Part shown: positions 56,208 through 64,000 of the stretch, in pieces | How positions within the stretch are numbered: position 1 is the first letter of the stretch | Layout: every line of letters starts with the position of its first letter | Assembly (NCBI GenBank): GCA_003022535.1 | Contig: PXTT01000039.1 | Span: 948 to 64,947 of the forward strand | Direction of reading: 5' to 3' | Source of the DNA: Bacteroidetes bacterium QS_9_68_14 | Lineage (GTDB): Bacteria; Bacteroidota; Rhodothermia; Rhodothermales; Salinibacteraceae | DNA: 64,000 nucleotides | Translations under genes and position numbers: made by a program | The notes under the pieces: model-generated | Told to the model about the DNA's origin: nothing | What the model saw: the letters and a program-made list of their open reading frames with translations, nothing else | Databases searched by the model: none

Positions 56208-57572
56208 ATGAACGACGTGTTCTCTCGGTTTGCCGCCTCTTGCTGGGGCGCGCTCGCGCTGGCGCTTTTGCTGGGGGGCGTGGCCGCCCCCGCCCCGGCT
56301 TGTGCGCAGGCCACCACCGGCGGGGACGGCTCGATCTACTCGCGCTTCGGGGTCGGGGAGCGGCGCACTTACTCCTCGCCGCAGGCGCAGGCGATGGGCG
56401 GGGGCGGCCTGGCGCTCCGCTCGCTCAACTACACCGGCTTTGCCAACCCGGCGCTCTGGAGCGATCAGGAGTTCACGCGCCTGGCCGTCGAGGCACGCTA
56501 CCGGCGGGTCAGCGCCCAGAACGAGACCGGGCAGACCAGCCAGCTGAGCAACGGGGCGCTGCAGGCCGTGCAGTTCAGCTTCCCACTCTACGCCGGCAAG
56601 CTGGGCGTGGGCGTCGGCTTTCGCCCATACTCGCGCCTGGAATACCGCGTGCAAGACGATCCCCAGCCCGTGTCCCCCGTAGCCGACTCGGCCACCTACC
56701 AGGTGCGCTTCGAGGGAGAGGGCGGGCTTCAGGAAGTCTCCGGCGGGCTGGGCTACCGCTTTGGCGAAACGCTGGCAGTGGGCGCGCGCGCCGGCGCGGT
56801 CTTTGGCATTCTCGAAAACCAGCGCGCTACGGCTTTCTCTACGCCGCGCTTTTCCCCAACGACGATCTCGACGCGCACGCGCGTGTCAGGCTTCACGGGC
56901 ACGGCCGGGGCGTTGCTCTCGCTGGGGGACGTCTTCCGCGACGGGGACGCGCTCTCGGCAGGAGCCACGCTGACGCTGCCGGCCACGCTGACAGGGGAGC
57001 GCACGCTCACGTCGGGCCGCGGACTCGAACCCGACACGCTCAACATCGGAAGCGGGGCTGCGCTCGAAGACGAGGGGAGCCTGCGGCTGCCCGTCGAGGC
57101 GGCGCTGGGGCTGAGCTACAAGCCGTCGAACCGCTGGACGGTCGTGGCCGACGGGCGCTACGAGGCATGGGGCTCGGGGTCGGAAAGCACCTTCGAGACG
57201 AGCCTGCCCGGCTTCGAGGGGCTGCGCGACCGCTTCCTCGCCTCGGCCGGGGCGGAGTTTCTGCCTGCCGGCACCGACCGCAACGCAACGTTCTTTAGGC
57301 GCACGGCCTACCGCCTGGGCGGGTACTACGAGCAGTCCTACGTGGGAGCGCGCGCGCTGCCGCTGGATGAGACCACGGGCGGAGTGAGCGTGCTGGGGGC
57401 GACGGCAGGCCTGAGCTTGCCGACGCCACTTTATGGCACGCGAATTGATGTAGGGTTTGAAGCGGGCACGCGGGGCGCCACTTCCGGTGCCCCGGTGCGC
57501 GACCTGTTCTACGGGGTGTCTCTCGGCGTCAACCTCGGCGAGCGTTGGTTTCAGCGCCGCAAGCTGCGCTGA
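56208..57572 (+). CDS. Outer-membrane beta-barrel protein, FadL/OmpP1-like (tentative)
   Basis: Signal peptide ending CAQA. The N-terminal SPQAQAMGGGGLALRS...FANPAL resembles the FadL hatch motif, and alternating beta-strand patterns run throughout. Confidence 0.5.
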   Translation: MNDVFSRFAASCWGALALALLLGGVAAPAPACAQATTGGDGSIYSRFGVGERRTYSSPQAQAMGGGGLALRSLNYTGFANPALWSDQEFTRLAVEARYRRVSAQNETGQTSQLSNGALQAVQFSFPLYAGKLGVGVGFRPYSRLEYRVQDDPQPVSPVADSATYQVRFEGEGGLQEVSGGLGYRFGETLAVGARAGAVFGILENQRATAFSTPRFSPTTISTRTRVSGFTGTAGALLSLGDVFRDGDALSAGATLTLPATLTGERTLTSGRGLEPDTLNIGSGAALEDEGSLRLPVEAALGLSYKPSNRWTVVADGRYEAWGSGSESTFETSLPGFEGLRDRFLASAGAEFLPAGTDRNATFFRRTAYRLGGYYEQSYVGARALPLDETTGGVSVLGATAGLSLPTPLYGTRIDVGFEAGTRGATSGAPVRDLFYGVSLGVNLGERWFQRRKLR

Positions 57573-57760
57573 GCAGCGGCCCCGCGGCAGAGAAACGCCG
57601 GTGGCAGAGGCGTTGCCTCTGGAACTCACGGGCCTGCCGGCTGTCCATCTTCGCACACACCTCACTCGCCCCTCGTTGCTTTCGGTAAACGGCGCCTGGC
57701 CTGCACGCCGGGGACCCCTGGGGCGTCCGTTCCACTCAATCTCCCATCTCTCTGGTTGAC

Positions 57761-59071
57761 ATGCATTTCTCTTCGTCGCGCCTTTCCGCCTTCGCTCTAC
57801 TTCTCGCAGGAGCTATGCTCCTCGGGACGGCCCCGGACGCGCAGGCGCAGGACAGCGAAGAAAAACGAGAGTACTACAGCCTGTTCGTTACCGATTACCG
57901 AAGCGAAAACTACAAGAGCGCCCTTAGCAGCGCGCGGTGGCTGATGGAGAACGCGCCGACCTACCCGGAAGGCGATGCGCGCAACTACCGCCGCGTCTAC
58001 AAGGCCTACCTGGGCCTCGCCGAAAGCGCCGCGGACAAGCAGGCGAAGCGGGCCTACATCGACAGCGCGCTGACCGTCGCCAAGCGCGCCGTGCCGGAGG
58101 TGCGCGAGGCCGACGGCGAGGTGGACGAGTACACGTGGGTGCAGCGCCGCGGGCACGTGCTACACGACAACCAGGACCTGGTCGACAACGGCGGCCGGCG
58201 GGCCACGCGGCTCTTTCGCAAAGCCTACGACATGAAGCCCACCGAGATAGACTCGTGGTACCTCGACCAGATCGTGCGTGGCTACTACAGCGAAGATGCC
58301 AAAGAGAAGGCGCTCTCCTTCCTCGATGAGCTCGAGGCCAACCGTGGCGGCGAGAAGGAGGTGCAGAATCTGCTCGACAAGTGGTACCCGCAGTTCTTCG
58401 ACTCTCCCTCCGAGCGCATCACGTTCCTGGAAGACCAGCTCGAAAGCAACCCCGAGGACGCCGAGGTTATGAACCAGCTCCTGACGCTCTATCAGCAGCA
58501 GGGCCTGAGCGACAAGGCTGCGCGCCTGCAGAGCCGCATCCTCGAGTCCAACCCCAGCCCCGCCTTGTACCGCACGGTCGCCTCCACGCGCCTCGACGAC
58601 AACGAACCGCAGAAGGCGTTCGACCTCTACCAGAAGATGCTCGATATGGAGGCCAGCGAGGCCACCGCGCAAGACTACTACAACATGGGCGTGGCGCAGC
58701 AGCAGATGGGCCAGTTCGCCAAGGCGCGCACCTACTACCGCCGCGCCACCGACGTGAACGCCAGCTTCGGCTCGGCCTACATGGCCATCGGCAACCTCTA
58801 CGCGCGGGCCGTCTCCAGCTGCTCTGGCAGCGAGCTCACGCTCCAGGACCGCGCCGTCTACTGGCTGGCCACCGACTACTTTCGGAAGGCCAAGGCCAAC
58901 GACCCGTCGGTCGCCAGCGCGGCCGACCAGAGCATCGCCGAGTACCGCAGCTACTTCCCCGACAAGGAGAAGGTCTTCATGAAAGGCTGGGACACGGGGC
59001 GCAGCTACACCATCGACTACGGCTGCTACTCTTGGATCGGCGAAACGACGACGGTGAAGGCTCCGTCCTGA
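57761..59071 (+). CDS. Secreted tetratricopeptide-repeat protein
   Basis: Signal peptide ending AQAQ, followed by multiple TPR-like units (e.g. AQDYYNMGVAQQQMGQFAKARTYYRRATDVN). Confidence 0.6.
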   Translation: MHFSSSRLSAFALLLAGAMLLGTAPDAQAQDSEEKREYYSLFVTDYRSENYKSALSSARWLMENAPTYPEGDARNYRRVYKAYLGLAESAADKQAKRAYIDSALTVAKRAVPEVREADGEVDEYTWVQRRGHVLHDNQDLVDNGGRRATRLFRKAYDMKPTEIDSWYLDQIVRGYYSEDAKEKALSFLDELEANRGGEKEVQNLLDKWYPQFFDSPSERITFLEDQLESNPEDAEVMNQLLTLYQQQGLSDKAARLQSRILESNPSPALYRTVASTRLDDNEPQKAFDLYQKMLDMEASEATAQDYYNMGVAQQQMGQFAKARTYYRRATDVNASFGSAYMAIGNLYARAVSSCSGSELTLQDRAVYWLATDYFRKAKANDPSVASAADQSIAEYRSYFPDKEKVFMKGWDTGRSYTIDYGCYSWIGETTTVKAPS

Positions 59072-59107
59072 CACGCTGCCTTCGCAGCAGACGGATGGCT
59101 GGAAAGA

Positions 59108-59160
59108 GGCCGGCCCGCCCCGTTGCCGCCGTGCGCACGAGGCAGGCCGGCTTTTTCTTC
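59108..59160 (+). terminator. Probable terminator after the TPR gene
   Basis: GCCGGCC ... GGCCGGC stem followed by TTTTTCTTC. Confidence 0.4.
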
Positions 59161-59180
59161 GTGAGGCGTGATGGCCGTGA

Positions 59181-60567
<1,387 letters not shown>

Positions 60568-60684
60568 ATGGTGGGGGGGTGGGAAGATGGTGGGCCTTGC
60601 GCTCCCACCCCTAACGGCTTGAAAACCATCTACCATCCACTACCGAGCGAGTGACAACGAGCGAACCATCCACCGACCCGCGCC

Positions 60685-60981
60685 ATGCCCGATTCTGGAA
60701 GCCGTGCCGGCCCGCTCCGTCTGGGACGCTGGCTTCTGCTGGCCACGGTGGTCGCGCTGGCCGTCTGGGTGGCCTTTTTCGACAGCCACTCGATCCAGAA
60801 GCGCCTGCGCTTCCAGCAGCAGCACGCGCGCCTGACGGCCGAGAACGACTCGCTGCGCTGCCAGATCGAGACGCTCGAAGCCAAGCTCGAACACCCCGTT
60901 GCCGACTCAACCGTCGAGCGCATCGCGCGCGAGGAGTACGGGATGCGCCGCCCCGGGGAGACGGTCTACCGGGTGGAGTGA
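60685..60981 (+). CDS. ftsB: Cell division protein FtsB/DivIC (septum formation initiator) family
   Basis: Single TM helix, then a leucine-zipper coiled coil (LTAENDSLRCQIETLEAKL) and C-terminal ERIAREEYGMRRPGETVY. It lies immediately after eno, as in many bacteria. Confidence 0.75.
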   Translation: MPDSGSRAGPLRLGRWLLLATVVALAVWVAFFDSHSIQKRLRFQQQHARLTAENDSLRCQIETLEAKLEHPVADSTVERIAREEYGMRRPGETVYRVE

Positions 60982-61071
60982 CAGATCCGCGGTTGCGGGT
61001 TGAGCGTTGCGAGTTGAAGGTTTCCCACTCTCCGAAGCAGCAACCAACCCGAACCCCCCAACCGTGAAGCA

Positions 61072-62115
61072 ATGAGCACCTCCCACGCCATCGGCATCGA
61101 CCTGGGGGGCACGCACCTGCGCGCAGCGCGGGTGGAACGGGGGCAGGGCCTTCTGGAGCAGACCCGGATCGACACCGAGGCCGTGCAGGGGCCGGCCCAC
61201 ATCCTGGACCGCATGGCCGACCTGGCGCGCCAGATGCTGCGCGCCGCCCCCAGCGACGAGGTGGCCGGGCTGGGGATCGGCTCGCCCGGCGCCATCAACT
61301 GGGGGCGTACGACGGTGAGCTCCCCGCCCAACTTTCCCGGCTGGACAGAGCTCGACGTGCGCGCCGCGCTGCGCGAGCGACTGGGCCGGCCGGGGCTGCC
61401 GGTGATCGTAGAAAACGACGCCAACGTCGCGGCGCTCGGCTCGGCCTTCTACAGCGCAGGCCGGCCCTACGACTCCTTTCTGATGGCAACGCTGGGCACC
61501 GGCGTGGGCGGGGCCATCATCTATCGCGACCGCCTCTTTCGTGGCACCACCGGCGGGGCGGGGGAATTCGGCCACGTGAGCATCGACTACGAAGGGCCGG
61601 TGGCGCGCAGCGGCGTGGCCGGCGCCATCGAGGCGTACCTGGGGCAACGCTTCCTCTCGCGCCACGCGCGCGACCGCCTGATCGCCCGCGACACGGTCCT
61701 CCACGAGCGCACGACCGGCGACCTCGAAGACCTCACGCCGAAGATGCTCTTCGAGGCCGCCGAGGACGGCGACGAAGCCGCGCATGAGGTGTGGGCCTGG
61801 GCGGGGGAGCGCCTGGGCCGCGCGCTCGGCTCGGCGGTCAACCTGCTTGACATTCGCACTGTCATCGTAGGCGGCGGCGTGGCGGCCGCGGGCGACTACC
61901 TGCTCGAGCCGGCCCGCCGGGCCCTGCGCCAGAGCGTGGTCGCCGGCCTGCGGGAGGGGCTGCGCCTGGAGCGCGAGCCGCTGGGCAACGACGTGGCCCT
62001 CCTCGGCGCCGCGCAGCTCGCCTTCCAGCCCGACCCCAGCGATGCGGCCAGCCCCGGCGAGACGGCTCCCGACGAGCGCGCCGGGGCGGCGCCCGCACCG
62101 CCGACCTCGTCGTAG
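61072..62115 (+). CDS. ROK-family sugar kinase (glucokinase-like)
   Basis: IGIDLGGTHLR, ENDANVAALG, LGTGVGGAII, and GGAGEFGH. Confidence 0.85.
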   Translation: MSTSHAIGIDLGGTHLRAARVERGQGLLEQTRIDTEAVQGPAHILDRMADLARQMLRAAPSDEVAGLGIGSPGAINWGRTTVSSPPNFPGWTELDVRAALRERLGRPGLPVIVENDANVAALGSAFYSAGRPYDSFLMATLGTGVGGAIIYRDRLFRGTTGGAGEFGHVSIDYEGPVARSGVAGAIEAYLGQRFLSRHARDRLIARDTVLHERTTGDLEDLTPKMLFEAAEDGDEAAHEVWAWAGERLGRALGSAVNLLDIRTVIVGGGVAAAGDYLLEPARRALRQSVVAGLREGLRLEREPLGNDVALLGAAQLAFQPDPSDAASPGETAPDERAGAAPAPPTSS

Positions 62116-62169
62116 CGGGCGCATCGCCTGCGCGCGCGAGGCGCCTGCGAACGAACGAGCCGCCGGTTT

Positions 62170-62177
62170 TTAATTTT
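62170..62177 (+). promoter_or_regulatory. Match to the Bacteroidetes -7 promoter element TAnnTTTG (TAATTTTG)
   Basis: Perfect 8/8 match ~140 nt upstream of ATG 62318. No clear -33 TTTG is present. Confidence 0.3.
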
Positions 62178-62317
62178 GCCGGGATCGTCGTATCTTTGAA
62201 GCCGTCCCTCCCTCGGCCGGGAAGCTCCGGCCGGGAAAATGCGACCGGCGCAGGTACTCTCTTCTTCTCTGCGCCTCGCTTCCGATCTCGCTCACGCCGC
62301 TTCGATCTGGGACTGCC

Positions 62318-64000
62318 ATGCGCGTCCGTTCCTGGCCTGACCCCTGCGCGCGTGCCGCCGGCCGGCGGTGGGGAGCGCCGTGGGTCGCGTTGCTCGCGAC
62401 TCTGCTCGCAGGGGGGCTGTTTTCCACGACCGCCGCGCGAGCGCAGCAACAGGCCCCGCCCGATACCGTCCGCGCCGATACCGTCCGTGCCGATACCGTC
62501 CGTGCCGACGCGGCTCGTCCCGATTCCCTCGCGCCAGCGAGGCAGGGGCGAGGGCGCGGGGCGGGCCCGTCAGGCGGCGCAGGTCCGGGCGGCGCGGGTC
62601 CGGGCGACGCGGTGCAGTTCTCCGCGCGCGATTCACTGGTGATCGTTTTCGATTCCGACAGCAGCGGCACCGGAGGGGATGTGGGCACGCTCTACGGCGA
62701 GGCCGAGGTGCAGCAGCAGAAGGCCACGCTCACCGCCTACCGAGTGGACCTGCTCTTCAGCCGGGAAGTGCTGCGCGCCACTGGGGCGCCAGAGGGCGTG
62801 GGCGCCGATTCGATGGCTGTTCCCCGTTTCCAGCGAGGGGAGGGGCAGTCGTTTACCGGGCGCCGGCTCTCGTTCGACATGCAGACGCGGCGCGGGCGCG
62901 TGGTGGCGGCGCGCACGCAGGCTCCCGAGCGCAACGCGCTCATCAGCGGGGAGGCGGTGCGGGTGGAGGACGATTCGACGCTCTTCGTGCGGGGCGGGAG
63001 CTACACCACCTGCGACTGCCCGCGTGACCAGACGCCCTCGTACTCGCTGCGCTCTAACAAAATGAAAAAGCAGGGCGATTGGGTCTACACCGGCCCTATC
63101 CAGCTCTTCATATACAACATCCCGACGCCGCTGCTGCTGCCGTTTGCCTTCCTGCCGGCCGTGTCTGGGCGCCACGGCGGTATCATCCCGCCCAATGGCT
63201 ACCGGCGCGACGGGCAAAAAGGGTTCGCGTTGCGGGACTTCGGCTACTACTGGCCCATCAGCGACTACATGGACCTGCGGGTGCTCGGCAGCCTGTGGTC
63301 GCGCGGGAGCTGGGCGTTCTCACCGCACTTTCGCTACGAACGCCGCTACGCCTACGGCGGCGACCTGAAGCTGGACTACCAGCGCACCACCTACGGCGAC
63401 GTGGTGGATGCCGACAACGCCAACCGCACCGACATTAGCTTCACGTGGAACCACTCGCAACAGTTCATCCCCGAGGGGGCGCCGAACTCCGCCTCGCTGG
63501 AGGCCGACGTGAACCTGTCCTCCAGCACCTACCGCCGCGTCATCTCCGACCGGTTCGAGGACAACGTCAAGCAAAAAATCTCTTCGGACGTCACCTTCAG
63601 CAAGCAGTGGAACGATAGCAACCAGAGCCTCAACGTGAAGCTCTCGCAGAGCCAGAACTTGGCCCGCAACGAGACCAGCCTGACGCTTCCCCGCATCAGG
63701 TTCCGGCAGAGTCGCATCCAGCCGTTCAAGCGGGAGGAGCGGGGGCCCGGTGAGGAAGAGCGCTGGTACGAAAAGATTACCACGCGCTACAGCGGCAGCG
63801 TGGACAACCGCTTTGACTTCGACCCGCTCACGCCTGCGCAGGATGCCGAGGCGTTGCGTCAACGTCAGGGACTGGCCGATTCGGTGAGTGCCGACAGCCT
63901 GGCCCCGCCCGGCGTGGCGTGGTACGAGGCGCTCATTTCGCAAGAGGACTACCGCCGCGCCACCGGCGACGAGGGCCAGCGCTTCGACTTTAGCGCTCGC
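62318..64000 (+). CDS. LptD-like (OstA family) outer-membrane LPS-assembly protein, 3' end outside the window
   Basis: Not in the supplied ORF track because there is no stop in the window. The frame is open from ATG 62318 to 64000. Signal peptide WVALLATLLAGGLFSTTAARAQ and an OstA-like N-domain (FSARDSLVIVF...LYGEAEVQQQKATLTAYRVDL) are present. YTTCDCPRDQTPSYSLRSNKMKK...PTPLLLPFAFLP...GFALRDFGYYWPISDYMDLRVLGSLWSRGSW is typical of Bacteroidota LptD homologues. Confidence 0.8.
   Translation, partial: MRVRSWPDPCARAAGRRWGAPWVALLATLLAGGLFSTTAARAQQQAPPDTVRADTVRADTVRADAARPDSLAPARQGRGRGAGPSGGAGPGGAGPGDAVQFSARDSLVIVFDSDSSGTGGDVGTLYGEAEVQQQKATLTAYRVDLLFSREVLRATGAPEGVGADSMAVPRFQRGEGQSFTGRRLSFDMQTRRGRVVAARTQAPERNALISGEAVRVEDDSTLFVRGGSYTTCDCPRDQTPSYSLRSNKMKKQGDWVYTGPIQLFIYNIPTPLLLPFAFLPAVSGRHGGIIPPNGYRRDGQKGFALRDFGYYWPISDYMDLRVLGSLWSRGSWAFSPHFRYERRYAYGGDLKLDYQRTTYGDVVDADNANRTDISFTWNHSQQFIPEGAPNSASLEADVNLSSSTYRRVISDRFEDNVKQKISSDVTFSKQWNDSNQSLNVKLSQSQNLARNETSLTLPRIRFRQSRIQPFKREERGPGEEERWYEKITTRYSGSVDNRFDFDPLTPAQDAEALRQRQGLADSVSADSLAPPGVAWYEALISQEDYRRATGDEGQRFDFSAR
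62461..62505 (+). repeat. In-frame 15-bp tandem repeat x3 (DTVRA) in the LptD-like N-terminus
   Basis: CGATACCGTCCGCGC followed by CGATACCGTCCGTGC twice, encoding PDTVRADTVRADTVRAD. Confidence 0.9.

Overview
High-GC (roughly 68-70%) chromosomal window, most likely from a Bacteroidota/Rhodothermota-type bacterium. The evidence for that lineage is a short Bacteroidetes-type RpoD, a short GlgA-like gene paired with a DUF4270-like lipoprotein, an OstA/LptD-like protein, G-poor leaders without Shine-Dalgarno sequences, and a tmRNA tag ending ADDYSYAMAA. Content is mainly housekeeping: purF, rho, aroK, truA, rpoD, folP-cdaA, pcm, fabI, birA-coaX, eno-ftsB and tmRNA. There are also many envelope proteins (lipoproteins, beta-barrels, TPR proteins, an L,D-transpeptidase), two histidine kinases, several oxidoreductases and a 1248-aa Q/K/R/E-rich membrane protein. 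I saw no transposase, integrase, CRISPR array, rRNA or tRNA. I could not identify a convincing new multi-gene system such as a defence island, retron or toxin module. The strongest leads are: (1) radC, rnhB, ppc and eno are interrupted by internal deletions with a frame switch, and rho and pcm start unusually late. (2) A PAS histidine-kinase cassette is bracketed by ~190-bp direct repeats of the aldo/keto-reductase 5' end, with a 34-bp patch copied from a gene 1.2 kb away. (3) A structured, terminator-ended candidate sRNA lies upstream of tmRNA, and an unexplained ~0.8-kb stretch beginning with a low-GC islet lies downstream of it. (4) A promoter, a ~215-nt leader and a terminator-like hairpin precede the short GlgA-like gene. 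(5) Short tandem duplications and ACCATC-type C/A-rich motifs recur in 5' leaders. One long ORF (LptD-like, 62318 to the window end) is missing from the supplied ORF track because it has no stop in the window. All calls are by eye from sequence and translations; no database search was run.
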